64,000 nt of DNA from an uncultured Thermoplasmatales archaeon (GCA_964514975.1 CAZESS010000003.1:32001-96000), one strand, 5' to 3'. Positions 48,111-58,312 are shown, counted from the first letter of the stretch. A program made the numbers and translations. The notes: generated by a model from the letters alone, not told the origin.

Positions 48111-48242
48111 GGTACCTTTTTGCTAACATTCTGCTTCATTTAAACGTTGCGATTGGTCTCCGCGGCATGCTCGCCGGAACGATGACATGAAGCCGCGATT
48201 GTCGCAGGGGATGTTCAGCTAACGCTGTCCATCCCGTCTATT

Positions 48243-48671
48243 CTACTGGAGAAAATCAGCAACCTGCTCCGCAAACGCCTTGAAGGAAACCTGCCGTCCC
48301 ACCACCCGGTCCACGCCCATCTGGTGGAGTTCGTCCTCCCAGCCGCTGCCCTGCCACGCGGTGTAGCCCCATATCACGGCGTCGGGGTCCATCTCCCTGA
48401 TGGCCCGGGTGGTTTCCACGCCGTCCATCCCTGCATGGTCCCCGTCTCGATGGCGGTCGATGGTTTCCATGTCCCGATTGCTGCCCGACAGGTTCAGGTC
48501 CATGACCACCAGGACGGGACGTTCACCTGCCTCCATCAGTTCCCGGTAGCGGTCCACCGCCGCCTCGCCCGTCAGGGCGTTGACCACGTCGACATCCACC
48601 ATCTGTTGCAGGCGCATGCCGAGGAGGTCCTGTATGTCCTGCTCGTCATCAACTATCATAATTTTATTCAC
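48243..48671 (-). CDS. Stand-alone, atypical response regulator receiver
   Basis: IMIVDDE, VMDLNL, GMDG and YTA. GTG start overlaps the upstream PAS gene stop. Confidence 0.85.
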   Translation of the reverse strand: MNKIMIVDDEQDIQDLLGMRLQQMVDVDVVNALTGEAAVDRYRELMEAGERPVLVVMDLNLSGSNRDMETIDRHRDGDHAGMDGVETTRAIREMDPDAVIWGYTAWQGSGWEDELHQMGVDRVVGRQVSFKAFAEQVADFLQ

Positions 48672-50418
48672 GGATTTCACCTCGCTTAACGATGTTTTCC
48701 ACGACCCGCTGGACCCGCGTGAGCGCGTCATGTGCCTGCTGGATGGTGTCCTTATGCTCATCGGGCAGCTCCTCCATGGCGATGGCCATGTAACCCTTCG
48801 AGATAGCGATAGGATTGAAGAAATGATGCGCCGCCTTCAGCTTGAAGAGTTTTTCCTGTTCGAGCGCTCGCTCCATTTCCTCCTCCGCTTTTTTCCGCTC
48901 GGTGACGTCTCTCTGTGAGCTCATGTACCCCCGCATGGCGCCGTCGTCGTCCAGTAACGGGGATATTTTCATCTCGCAGTAAAACGTGCTTCCGTTTTTG
49001 CGTTTGTTCAATATGACGTCTCGATAGGTGCCGCCGGAGGAGACCGTGTCGAATATGTGTTGCTGTATCTCGTCGCTGTCCGGCTCGGCGTTGAAGATGC
49101 CCGGGGTTTCCCCCTTGACTTCTTCAAGCCGGTAGCCGTACATGTCCTCCGCCGCGTCGTTCATGTAGGTGATGCGGAAGTCGGTGTCGGTGCAAATCAT
49201 GGCGTCGGAGGACTGCATGACCATCGCTGACAGCTTCTGCAGTTCCTCCTCCGCCTGTTTCCGCTCGGTGATGTCGAGGGCGGTTTCCACGACGCCGACG
49301 ATGGTGCCGTCCTCGTCTCTGACAGGGTTGCCGCGCACCAGCCAGTAGCGCCCGTCGGACGTCGACGTCTCCTCCTCCTGCATTTCACCTGTCTCGACGG
49401 CCTTTGCTATCGGGCAGTCCTCGCATGGCTGCTCACGCTGATGCCAGATCTCATGGCATCTCCGCCCTTCCAGGGCCTCCGGCGTTTCATCCACCGATTC
49501 AGCGGCTGCCCGGTTCGCCCATATCACCCGGTGGTCGGTGTCCTGATACGCTATCAGCGCCGGCGAAGTATCCAGGATGAGGGTTTTTTCCCGTTCGGAG
49601 CGCTGCAGATGCTCCTCCGCCTTTTTTTGCCTGGTGATGTCCCTGACGGAGCCCAGCGCGGCATATTCTCCCCGGTAGATGATGGAGGTGACGGCGAACT
49701 CGCATATCCGGACGGTTCCGTCCTTGCTCACCACCCGCACCTGATAGGTGGTGGGGATGTCCTCGCCTCGCGCCCGCCGCCGCCCGATGTCCTTCACGCG
49801 CTCCCGGTCGTCGGGGTGTATCAGCTGCCATATGTCCATCTCGTAGAGCTCGGCTTCGGTATAGCCCGTTATCTCCATGGCTCTTTCGTTCACAAACAGG
49901 AACCTATCGCCCCGGTAGATGATGATGGCGTCGTGGCTGTTCTCCACGATGGCCCGGTATTTGTTTTCGCTTTCCTCCACCTCGCGCTGCATCTTCCGTC
50001 GCTCCGTGATGTCGACGAAGGAGGTGATGATACTGACGAGGTCGCCGTCGTCGTTGAACTGGGGGCGGGCGCTGTGTAAAAACCATCGTGTGTCGTCGTC
50101 CGCTGACATGGAGAGGCCGATGACGGTTCCCTCCAGCGGCTCCCCGGTTTCGGCGACCCTGTTCAGCGGGAACATCGACGGTTCCAGGGGGTCGCCGTTT
50201 TCGTCGAGGAGCTTTCCCGTCCAGAAGTCGAGGTCTTTTTTCCTGAGTTCCTGCTCCGGGATACCGAAAATCTTTTCGGCTGTGTCGTTTGCAGCGGTTA
50301 TGCGCCCGTCGGCGTCGTGGACGGTGATGCCGGCGAGGGCGCTGTTAAACAGTCCCCTGTACGTCCCCATGGCGTCGTGGAGATGCTCCCCGGTTTCATC
50401 ATGGCCGTGTTTTTTCAT
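48664..50418 (-). CDS. Cytoplasmic 4xPAS sensor ending in a DHp(HisKA)-like domain, no HATPase domain
   Basis: Four PAS/PAC units ending DITERRK, DITRQKK, DITERKQ and DVTERKK; terminal AAHHFFNPIAISKGY helix pair, then stop. Confidence 0.85.
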   Translation of the reverse strand: MKKHGHDETGEHLHDAMGTYRGLFNSALAGITVHDADGRITAANDTAEKIFGIPEQELRKKDLDFWTGKLLDENGDPLEPSMFPLNRVAETGEPLEGTVIGLSMSADDDTRWFLHSARPQFNDDGDLVSIITSFVDITERRKMQREVEESENKYRAIVENSHDAIIIYRGDRFLFVNERAMEITGYTEAELYEMDIWQLIHPDDRERVKDIGRRRARGEDIPTTYQVRVVSKDGTVRICEFAVTSIIYRGEYAALGSVRDITRQKKAEEHLQRSEREKTLILDTSPALIAYQDTDHRVIWANRAAAESVDETPEALEGRRCHEIWHQREQPCEDCPIAKAVETGEMQEEETSTSDGRYWLVRGNPVRDEDGTIVGVVETALDITERKQAEEELQKLSAMVMQSSDAMICTDTDFRITYMNDAAEDMYGYRLEEVKGETPGIFNAEPDSDEIQQHIFDTVSSGGTYRDVILNKRKNGSTFYCEMKISPLLDDDGAMRGYMSSQRDVTERKKAEEEMERALEQEKLFKLKAAHHFFNPIAISKGYMAIAMEELPDEHKDTIQQAHDALTRVQRVVENIVKRGEIRE

Positions 50419-50572
50419 GTTGCCTGCCCGTCGTGGTTGGCGTTGCAGGATGCACCAATGTGCGCTAGCTGAAATTAAATGACCGGTGGTATATAAACGT
50501 GTTCTGGAGGGGGGAGGGCGGTGCGTCACGCCGGTGCATCAAGGTTTTTATAGGAACAGATGATATGCACCC

Positions 50573-51280
50573 GTGTTTGGAACCTACGACCTCGACGTCG
50601 AGCTCGCAGAGCAAGACATCGAGCTCTCACTGAAGGGAGACGGAAAGCGGAAGGTCTACCGGCGCCAGGTGAACGACGACGAGATAACCAAGTACATCAA
50701 CGCAGACCGGGGAAAGCTCATCGTCTGCCCGGTCGAGCCGGTCAACGCGCCCGACGAGTCGATATCGGAACATCTGCTCATCGAGCTCGAGCGACCGCTG
50801 CTTATCGAGCCCGGCTCCACGGACACGTTTTATCTCAAGTTTCCCATAGAGATCGGCTCGTTCCTCGTGGACCCCACCGACGTGGAGCGCATCGACATCT
50901 TTACGCTCACGAAACCCAAGTACACGCTCTACGGGCCGCCGGAGAGCGGCATCATCTGCAAGTGGTGGAAGAGCGACGTGTACAGCACGGCGCCGGAGGT
51001 GGACCGCCTGTTCGAGGGTGTGCTCAGGGTGAAGATCACCAACAACTACCGGGAATGGATGGAGCTCGCGAAGCTCGTGTTCGGGGCCTTCGACATGAAG
51101 ATATTTTACAACGACCACGCATACATGGACGCCCGGCTGGTCATCGAGAAGCGGACCATCGGGGAAACCTCGTTCAACGCCCGGAAGCCCAAGGGCATGC
51201 ACCGGGCGGTCGACATCTACGAGGCGAAGGGGCTCAAGAAGCTTGAGAAAAGCTACGTCATCGAGTGGGGATTCAAATGA
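50573..51280 (+). CDS. DUF432 family protein
   Basis: FGTY start, PVEPVNAP, FPIEIG and KYTLYG..SGIICKWWKS pattern; coupled to mscS. Confidence 0.7.
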   Translation: MFGTYDLDVELAEQDIELSLKGDGKRKVYRRQVNDDEITKYINADRGKLIVCPVEPVNAPDESISEHLLIELERPLLIEPGSTDTFYLKFPIEIGSFLVDPTDVERIDIFTLTKPKYTLYGPPESGIICKWWKSDVYSTAPEVDRLFEGVLRVKITNNYREWMELAKLVFGAFDMKIFYNDHAYMDARLVIEKRTIGETSFNARKPKGMHRAVDIYEAKGLKKLEKSYVIEWGFK

Positions 51281-52149
51281 ATCTTCACATAAACCTGCAG
51301 GGCGCCGTCATGGATTTCTGGACCATGGAGCTTGGGGACATGGGGATGACCGTCGGCGAGCTCGTCACCTTCGTGCTCATCATCGCCATATCAGTGGTCA
51401 TCGCCCGCATCGTCCGCGTGAACACCCGGCGGATTATGAAGGAGCGCGTGCCCAAGAACACGCTCAGCAACCTGGAAAAGCTGTTCTATTATGGTATTAT
51501 CATCATCGGCTTCGTGGTGGCACTTTCCAGCATCGGCTTTTCGCTGAGCGGACTGCTCGTCGCGGGCGGCATCATGGGCATCGTCATCGGCTTCGCAAGC
51601 CAGACCGTCGTCTCAAACCTCATCAGCGGCCTCTTTCTCATCATCGAGAAGCCCCTCAAGGTCGGTGACTCGGTCAACATCGACACCGTGGACGGCGTGG
51701 TCGAGAACGTCCGCATCCTGTCGACGACGGTCCGGACGTTTGACGGCGTCTACACCCGGCTGCCCAACGACAAGGTGTTCTCATCCAACATCCAGAACTA
51801 TGTCGCGCATGGCGGGCGACGTTTCTCCTACTCCATCGGCATCCGGTATCGCGACGACGCCGACAGGGCGAAGGAGGTCATCATGGGGCTGCTGGAGGCG
51901 CATCCGCTCATCCTGAAGGAGCCGGCACCGCAGGTGTTCGTCGACGGGCTCGGCGACAGCAGCGTCAACCTCAAGGTCAGGATGTGGGCACCGTCGACCC
52001 ACTGGTACGGCGTGTACACGGAGATGCTCTGGAAAATCAAGGTAGCCCTGGAGGAAAACGGCATCCAGATTCCGTTCCCCCAGCGGGTGGTATGGTTCGA
52101 GAATGCCCTGAAGGGAGACGTTACGACTCGTCAGTCAAAAAAGACATAG
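51277..52149 (+). CDS. mscS: Small-conductance mechanosensitive channel
   Basis: GIVIGFASQTVVSNLISG, PLKVGD and GIQIPFPQR. Confidence 0.9.
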   Translation: MNLHINLQGAVMDFWTMELGDMGMTVGELVTFVLIIAISVVIARIVRVNTRRIMKERVPKNTLSNLEKLFYYGIIIIGFVVALSSIGFSLSGLLVAGGIMGIVIGFASQTVVSNLISGLFLIIEKPLKVGDSVNIDTVDGVVENVRILSTTVRTFDGVYTRLPNDKVFSSNIQNYVAHGGRRFSYSIGIRYRDDADRAKEVIMGLLEAHPLILKEPAPQVFVDGLGDSSVNLKVRMWAPSTHWYGVYTEMLWKIKVALEENGIQIPFPQRVVWFENALKGDVTTRQSKKT

Positions 52150-52150
52150 C

Positions 52151-52483
52151 TCAACAGGTGAGATGGAGCGCTGCAGCCGCCCCGCTGTGCTGGTTGAACG
52201 CCCGGCAGGCCCTGTCGGTGGGCAGTACGTCGAAGGATATGCCGGTGCGGCGGAGGAGTCGCCGGGCCTCGAAGCTGACGGTCATCCGGCCGTGTGCGCC
52301 GGTGCCGATGACGAGATAGCGTGGTGCCGCCGTTATCACGCCCGCAAGGTCATCGGGCTCGAGGTGATGGCCATGGTTGCGGCGCCAGTCAGGCTCGACG
52401 TGGTCGGGATAGATGACGAGGTCGCTGGTATAGGCGGTGCCGTCCACGACGATTTTTCCGAAGCTGTAGGCATCGATATGCAT
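52151..52483 (-). CDS. Mth938-like domain protein
   Basis: IDAYSFGKIVVDG, VIGTG and C-terminal ALHLTC. Confidence 0.85.
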   Translation of the reverse strand: MHIDAYSFGKIVVDGTAYTSDLVIYPDHVEPDWRRNHGHHLEPDDLAGVITAAPRYLVIGTGAHGRMTVSFEARRLLRRTGISFDVLPTDRACRAFNQHSGAAAALHLTC

Positions 52484-52491
52484 GCTCGCCA

Positions 52492-53964
52492 CTACGCGAT
52501 ACGCCACCGGGCGCCGTCATCGGTGTCCTGTATCTCGAAGCCAAGCCGCTCCAGGTCATCCCGGATGGCATCCGCCGTCCCGTAGTCCTTCTCCCGCCGC
52601 GCCCGCTCCCTGATAGCGAGCAGCTCGGCCACCACGTCCTCCAGCGATCCCTCACCGGAGCCGCCATGCTCACGCGCCAGCGCCGCAACCGCCTCGACAT
52701 CAACCTGTCGCCCTTTTTCCTGGAACAATGTCAGCACCCGGCCGGTCTCCAGCAGCACGTCCAGCGCACGGCGGCACAGCGCCCCATCGGGCTGCCCCTC
52801 CGAGAGATACCGGTTGCTCTCCCGGACAAAATCAAACAGGGCAGCAATAGCGTCAGGCGTGTTGAAATCATCATCCATCGCCTTCTCAAAGCGCTCCCGA
52901 TAACGCCCGGCCACCTCATGAAATATCCGGTCGGGCTCGTCCAGTGCAGCCACGTCAACCTCGCCGTCGGCGTCACCGGCGGCCTCCCGCAGGTCGTCGC
53001 GCAGCCGGTGGATGCGCTCAAGCCGCCGGCGGGCCATCTCCATGTTCTCCTCGCTGTAGTCGGCCGGGCTCCGGTAATGATAGCTGGCGAAAAAGAAACG
53101 CAATGTTTCCGCATCCCATCGCCGCAATGCATCGCGGATGGTGACAAAGTTGCCCTCCGACTTGCTCATCTTTTCGCCGCCGACGTTGAGCATGCCGGAG
53201 TGCAGCCAGTACCGGGCGAACTGCTCCCGCAGCGCTGCCTCGGCCTGCGCTATCTCGTTTTCATGGTGCGGAAACACCAGGTCATGGCCGCCGCCGTGGA
53301 TGTCGAACGGCGCCCCGAGATACGTGGTGCTCATCGTCGAGCACTCGATGTGCCAGCCCGGGCGCCCCTCGCCCCAGGGCGACTCCCATGACGGCTCGCC
53401 GGGCTTCGCAGCCTTCCACAGGGTGAAATCAAGCGGGCTCCGCTTTTTGTCGCCGGGCTCGATGCGCTCACCGGCACGCATCTCCTCCACCTGCTGACCG
53501 GAGAGCTTCCCATAGCCATCGAAGGATTCAACCGAAAAATAGACGTCGCCGTCCGCCGCATAGCCATGGCCATGCTCGATGATGTCTTCCACGAGCGCAA
53601 TCATGCCCTCGATATGCTCAGACGCCTTCGGATATTTATCGGCGGGCTGGATGCCGAGCGCCTCCAGGTCGCCCAGGCAGCGCTGCTCGTACTCCGCCGA
53701 GTGCTCCAGGGGCGGGATACCGCGCTCCCGGGCAGCGTTGATGATCTTGTCGTCCACGTCGGTGACGTTTTGCACATAGGTCACATCGTAGCCACGGTAT
53801 TCCAGGTAGCGCTTGATGATGTCGAACGCCAGGTATGTCCGGGCGTGACCGATGTGCGCGTCGCCGTAGACGGTCATCCCGCAGACATACATGCGAACGT
53901 GGTCATCATCGAGCGGCTCAAACGGCTGTTTTTTCCTGCCGAGCGTGTTGTAAACCCTGAGCAT
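52492..53964 (-). CDS. cysS: Cysteinyl-tRNA synthetase
   Basis: YVCGMTVY..HIGH, GRPGWHIECS, DIHGGG..FPHHENE and KMSKS. Confidence 0.97.
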   Translation of the reverse strand: MLRVYNTLGRKKQPFEPLDDDHVRMYVCGMTVYGDAHIGHARTYLAFDIIKRYLEYRGYDVTYVQNVTDVDDKIINAARERGIPPLEHSAEYEQRCLGDLEALGIQPADKYPKASEHIEGMIALVEDIIEHGHGYAADGDVYFSVESFDGYGKLSGQQVEEMRAGERIEPGDKKRSPLDFTLWKAAKPGEPSWESPWGEGRPGWHIECSTMSTTYLGAPFDIHGGGHDLVFPHHENEIAQAEAALREQFARYWLHSGMLNVGGEKMSKSEGNFVTIRDALRRWDAETLRFFFASYHYRSPADYSEENMEMARRRLERIHRLRDDLREAAGDADGEVDVAALDEPDRIFHEVAGRYRERFEKAMDDDFNTPDAIAALFDFVRESNRYLSEGQPDGALCRRALDVLLETGRVLTLFQEKGRQVDVEAVAALAREHGGSGEGSLEDVVAELLAIRERARREKDYGTADAIRDDLERLGFEIQDTDDGARWRIA

Positions 53965-54039
53965 CACCAGATGATGCAGCTAATTTTTAATAAATGTTTG
54001 GGGAACAATCTATTTGTATCGGTATCTGGTTTTTAACCT

Positions 54040-54753
54040 GTGCTCTACTTCGTGCATGGCCTCGGGTTCGACGAACGGGAATGGCACCAGGTCGTGGCTT
54101 TTTTCAGCGAGCGAGGGTATCCATGTAGGGCGGTCAACCTACGGGAGGGACTCGACCTGCGACACGCAAGACTGCAGGACTATGTTGACGTGGTAACGGG
54201 CATGGTTTCAGATGACGATATCGTTGTCGGGCATTCAATGGGTGGCCTGGTCGTCCAGAAAGTTGCTGCGGAAACAGATATACGGGCCGGTGTGGGCATC
54301 TGCCCTGCACCGCCGGCAGACATCAAATTCCGGTCACCCGTCCGCTTCAGAGACATACTGCCCACACTGAAGTATCTCCCCCGTATACTCCTCAAGCAAC
54401 CGGTGAAGCCGGACCATCCGATCGCCAGCATGCTATGCTCCAGATACATGGGCGTCGGCCTGACGGAGGACGATATACGGGACATCCACGGCCAGATGGT
54501 CGAGGAGTCCTCAATCGTCATCCGGGAGCTAGCGATGCGGAAAACCGAGGTCGACGAAAAAAAGGTGACCTGCCCGCTGCTTTTCATAGCCATGAGCAAC
54601 GACCGGGCGATACCACCTGCCACGGTGAAACGACTCGAGGAGAAATATCCAACGGCCAGATACAGATGCTACGAGGGATGCCATCATTTCTTCAACAACA
54701 CAAACTGGCAGGAAGTAGCAGCGGGCATCGATGACTTCATCACAGGGTTATAG
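54040..54753 (+). CDS. Alpha/beta hydrolase
   Basis: FVHG, nucleophile elbow GHSMGG, NDRAI and a C-terminal His. Confidence 0.82.
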   Translation: MLYFVHGLGFDEREWHQVVAFFSERGYPCRAVNLREGLDLRHARLQDYVDVVTGMVSDDDIVVGHSMGGLVVQKVAAETDIRAGVGICPAPPADIKFRSPVRFRDILPTLKYLPRILLKQPVKPDHPIASMLCSRYMGVGLTEDDIRDIHGQMVEESSIVIRELAMRKTEVDEKKVTCPLLFIAMSNDRAIPPATVKRLEEKYPTARYRCYEGCHHFFNNTNWQEVAAGIDDFITGL

Positions 54754-54831
54754 CTGACGATAGAGCTGAGAAACAGATGGAGTCGTAGCACCCGGGCCAA
54801 AATCTTGATATGAGATGGTGCATTGCTGCCT

Positions 54832-55872
54832 GTGCTCTACATCGTGATGGTGACGGCGGAGTGCAACATGGCGTGCAGCTACTGCGGGGGCAGCCTGGTG
54901 ACCATGCCCAAAGACATCACCTACAATCTGGAGGACCTCGCAGCGTTCATCAGCCAGGATGAAGACGACGAGACGGTCGTCGCCCTCTACGGCGGCGAAC
55001 CCCTGCTCCGGCCCGACATGGTGCATGAGCTGCTTGACATGCTGCCAGCCGACCGCCGGGTGTTGCAGACAAATGGGTTTTATATCGACCGGCTCGGCGA
55101 ACACGTGCACGACCTCGATGCTATCCTGCTGTCCATCGACGGCCGGCAGGCGACAACGGACAGATACCGGGGCGAGGGCTGCCATGACCGGGTGATGCAG
55201 GCACGGCGGTGGCTCTCCATGCAGGACTACGAGGGCGACCTTGTCGCCCGGATGGCCGCCTCAAAGCACACCGACATCTACAGAGATGTCATGTACCTGC
55301 TCGAATGGTTTCCCCGTGTCCACTGGCAGCTGGACGCCGTCTGGTCATCATTGTGGGATCTGCCGGCGTTCCGGCGATGGACAAAGCAATCCTACATGCC
55401 CGGCATCGAACATCTCGCCAGGATATGGACTGAGCATCTGGAGCAGGGCGAGGTATTGGGCATCGTGCCCTTCCTCGGCATAGCGAAGCGGGTCATCCGT
55501 GGCGGCTCGGGGCTGCCCTGCGGGGCCGGCCGGAGCGCCATGAGCATCACGACCGACGGCCGCGTGGTGGGCTGCCCCATCGCCGCCGAGTTTTCATGGA
55601 ACCAGATGGGCGATTTTGATGACGTGCAATGTATCGACATCGGCGAGCCATGTACCTCCTGTGACATCTACACGGTCTGCGGCGGGCGCTGCCTCTTCAC
55701 ATACAAGGAGCGACTGTGGGGCGACGAGGGCTTCACCCTGCTCTGCGATATCACCAAGCATCTCGTCGAACAAATCGAGGGAGCGCTGCCCCTCATCAGG
55801 TCGATGCTGCCCGACCATGAAAACGAGCTGCTGTACCCGCCGTTCAACAACACGACAGAGATTATACCCTAG
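54832..55872 (+). CDS. Radical SAM/SPASM enzyme, AF_0577 (TIGR04084)-like
   Basis: CNMACSYC, YGGEP, QTNG; SPASM Cys set CGAG..CPI..CTSC..CGGRC; C-terminal NNTTEIIP. Confidence 0.85.
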   Translation: MLYIVMVTAECNMACSYCGGSLVTMPKDITYNLEDLAAFISQDEDDETVVALYGGEPLLRPDMVHELLDMLPADRRVLQTNGFYIDRLGEHVHDLDAILLSIDGRQATTDRYRGEGCHDRVMQARRWLSMQDYEGDLVARMAASKHTDIYRDVMYLLEWFPRVHWQLDAVWSSLWDLPAFRRWTKQSYMPGIEHLARIWTEHLEQGEVLGIVPFLGIAKRVIRGGSGLPCGAGRSAMSITTDGRVVGCPIAAEFSWNQMGDFDDVQCIDIGEPCTSCDIYTVCGGRCLFTYKERLWGDEGFTLLCDITKHLVEQIEGALPLIRSMLPDHENELLYPPFNNTTEIIP

Positions 55873-56094
55873 TGAGTACCATTAGCAGGACGGTGTTGGC
55901 AGAGATTGCCCGGCAATAGCTCGCCGTCGGTGAGGCCAACGGGTTATATATGGGGTTTGAGGGCAGGGTATCGAAGCATCATGAGGATTATTGTTTCGAG
56001 GTGAATAATCGTAATCATAATGCAGATGCAGGAAGAAAGATATTTATATAACTATAATATTTCAGTTTTAAGCTATAATATTTGAGGTTAAAAC

Positions 56095-56295
56095 ATGGGT
56101 GTTGAACGGCTGTCTGGAGAACCGCATTGTGACACGAGCCCGGGAGAATGTTCCGGTGGAAACGGATGTCCGGAAGCGACGGCCGCTACCTGTATCGGGA
56201 TGCCGTCCGTCACAGATCGTGTGCCGCGAGGGATATCTCGATGGAGAGACACCCGAAGGAAACCGAAACGCCACATTATTCCCGGAGGTGCATAG
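56095..56295 (+). CDS. Small Cys-rich ORF (66 aa)
   Basis: GAGGT RBS before the ATG, TATA-like boxes upstream, stop 2 nt before the next ATG; 4 Cys within a Gly/Ser/Thr-rich stretch. Confidence 0.5.
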   Translation: MGVERLSGEPHCDTSPGECSGGNGCPEATAATCIGMPSVTDRVPRGISRWRDTRRKPKRHIIPGGA

Positions 56296-56297
56296 AT

Positions 56298-56642
56298 ATG
56301 TGTTCAAATCATCCGCCCTGTCCTGGTGGGCCGAAGGGGCCGGTGGGCGGACGGATACAGCGGCTGCAAGGCCTGGCGAAAGCACTGCACTGCCCCACCC
56401 GCTGGGATATAATCGACATAATAGGAACGGGGTCAGCTAAAACGAGGGAGATAAAAGAAGGACTGGAGTCACGGGGCTATGATATAACCCAATCGGGATT
56501 GTATTATCATCTTTCAGAGCTGAGAGATGCCGGCATAATAGACGTTGCTGCATTTGTAGAAGAAGGCCAAGGGGCTCCAGAGAAGGTCTGGAAGCTGGTC
56601 AAAAAGAAAATAGAGATCGACCTGGCCCTTGAGGAGGACTAA
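56298..56642 (+). CDS. ArsR-like winged-helix transcriptional regulator
   Basis: AKALHCPTRWDII..SGLYYHLSELRDAGII; GGAGGTG RBS before ATG 56298. Confidence 0.82.
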   Translation: MCSNHPPCPGGPKGPVGGRIQRLQGLAKALHCPTRWDIIDIIGTGSAKTREIKEGLESRGYDITQSGLYYHLSELRDAGIIDVAAFVEEGQGAPEKVWKLVKKKIEIDLALEED

Positions 56643-56645
56643 CAG

Positions 56646-57566
56646 ATGAAGACAGCCGTGGCGGCCAGCGGGCTCACCAAAACATTCGGCAGGGTTCGGG
56701 CGGTAAAAAACGTTAGTTTCGAGGTTCAAAAGGGTGAGTTCTTCGGCTTTTTGGGTCCAAACGGCGCCGGCAAGACCACCACCATACGGATGCTGACGGG
56801 GTTGGTCACGCCTGATGCAGGACGAGCTTTGATAGACGGAATTGACCCCTACCGGGACCCTATCCATGCAAAGCTACACATGGGCGTAATCCCCGAATTC
56901 GGCAATATCTATGTTGACCTGACGGCAAAAGAAAATCTCTATCTCGCTGGAAAATTCTATGGAATGCCAAAAAAAGAAATAAAGAAAAGGACATCTGAAC
57001 TCCTGGAGATGCTGGAATTGAACGAGAGGGCGAACGACACGGTTCGAACCTTCTCCAAGGGTATGAAGCAGCGGGTGAATATTGGATGTGCCATCATCCA
57101 TGAACCGCCTGTACTCTTCCTGGACGAACCGACTTCCGGTTTAGACGTGCAGAGTAAAAGGCTCGTGGTGGAATTAATGGGGAGGATGAAAGAACAGGGA
57201 AGCACGATATTTTTGACGACGCACAATATTCAGGAAGCAAATGAGCTCTGCGAACGAGTTGGCATTATACATGAGGGAGAACTCGTCGCCATTGATAGAC
57301 CGGAAAAACTCCGAAATACATTCGATAAGACACAGTCCATCGAGGTCTCCCTCGAGGGGGATTTTGACGTCGATCAGCTCAAAAATGGCCACGTCGACAA
57401 GATAACACGGTCGGGAGATAAGCTTACGATTTTCACCGATGAACCAGATATCTCTGTAAAAAAGCTGGTCAAACTGGCAGATGAAAGCAATGTAAAAATA
57501 ATATCCCTTACAACGAAAGGGCCGAGCCTGGAAGAAGCCTTCGTGAGGTTGACAGGGGGTAATTGA
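56646..57566 (+). CDS. ABC-2 exporter ATPase
   Basis: GPNGAGKTT, FSKGMKQR, LDEPTSGLD and TTH. Confidence 0.9.
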   Translation: MKTAVAASGLTKTFGRVRAVKNVSFEVQKGEFFGFLGPNGAGKTTTIRMLTGLVTPDAGRALIDGIDPYRDPIHAKLHMGVIPEFGNIYVDLTAKENLYLAGKFYGMPKKEIKKRTSELLEMLELNERANDTVRTFSKGMKQRVNIGCAIIHEPPVLFLDEPTSGLDVQSKRLVVELMGRMKEQGSTIFLTTHNIQEANELCERVGIIHEGELVAIDRPEKLRNTFDKTQSIEVSLEGDFDVDQLKNGHVDKITRSGDKLTIFTDEPDISVKKLVKLADESNVKIISLTTKGPSLEEAFVRLTGGN

Positions 57567-58312
57567 TGAGATATTCAGAATTCATAAGAGGGGTATTGAC
57601 CACGGCAGAAAAGGACATCAAGATTTACTACAAGAAACCACCCGTCATCATATTCGGTCTTTTGTTTCCGTTTCTGATGTTCCTCGCGTTCTATATCGGG
57701 AGGGAAATAGATTTTGGTCTGTTCTTTCCGGGATTCCTCGCTATGACGTTATTTTTTACTTCTTCCTCTGTAGGGCCACTGGTAACACCATGGGAGAGAC
57801 AGGCAGGTACCTATGAAAGGCTTCTTTCATATCCTGTTAACATAAAAGCGGTCTTGCTGGGGGACATATTGGCCGGCGCGATATTTGGCATGGCGGTATA
57901 CACCGTGGTCTTGGTGGCCGGTTCATTTTTCATACATCTTCAGATAGCAAATGGAGCCATACTGCTGATTTCCATAGTATTAGGGTCAATCACTTTTTCC
58001 TCCCTGGGAATAGTGATATCTGCACCAGCCACGACATCCCCGTCATCCATAATGATGCTTTCGAGCCTGATTCGATTTCCTCTCATATTCATAAGCGGCA
58101 TATTCATACCTCTCCAACAGATGGAAGGGCCAATGAGGTACCTATCGTATATCTCGCCTCTCACCTATCTGGTAGATTCCTTGCATTCTGGAATCGGAGG
58201 TAAAAACGTTTTACCAATGGGTGCTGGAATAGTAGCTTTATTGACCTTCAGCGCGATATTTTTCTCGGCTGCCGTTCATATACATAAAAGGAACATGGTC
58301 AAGGGACTGTAA
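57566..58312 (+). CDS. ABC-2 exporter permease
   Basis: Six-TM pattern, WERQAGTYERLL and FISGIFIP..SPLTY. Confidence 0.88.
   Translation: MRYSEFIRGVLTTAEKDIKIYYKKPPVIIFGLLFPFLMFLAFYIGREIDFGLFFPGFLAMTLFFTSSSVGPLVTPWERQAGTYERLLSYPVNIKAVLLGDILAGAIFGMAVYTVVLVAGSFFIHLQIANGAILLISIVLGSITFSSLGIVISAPATTSPSSIMMLSSLIRFPLIFISGIFIPLQQMEGPMRYLSYISPLTYLVDSLHSGIGGKNVLPMGAGIVALLTFSAIFFSAAVHIHKRNMVKGL

Noticed and set aside
48664-48900. Pseudogene call for the PAS sensor (lost kinase domain)
   Set aside because: The ORF ends cleanly after the DHp helices and overlaps the receiver start, with no HATPase remnant seen. Kept as a finding instead.
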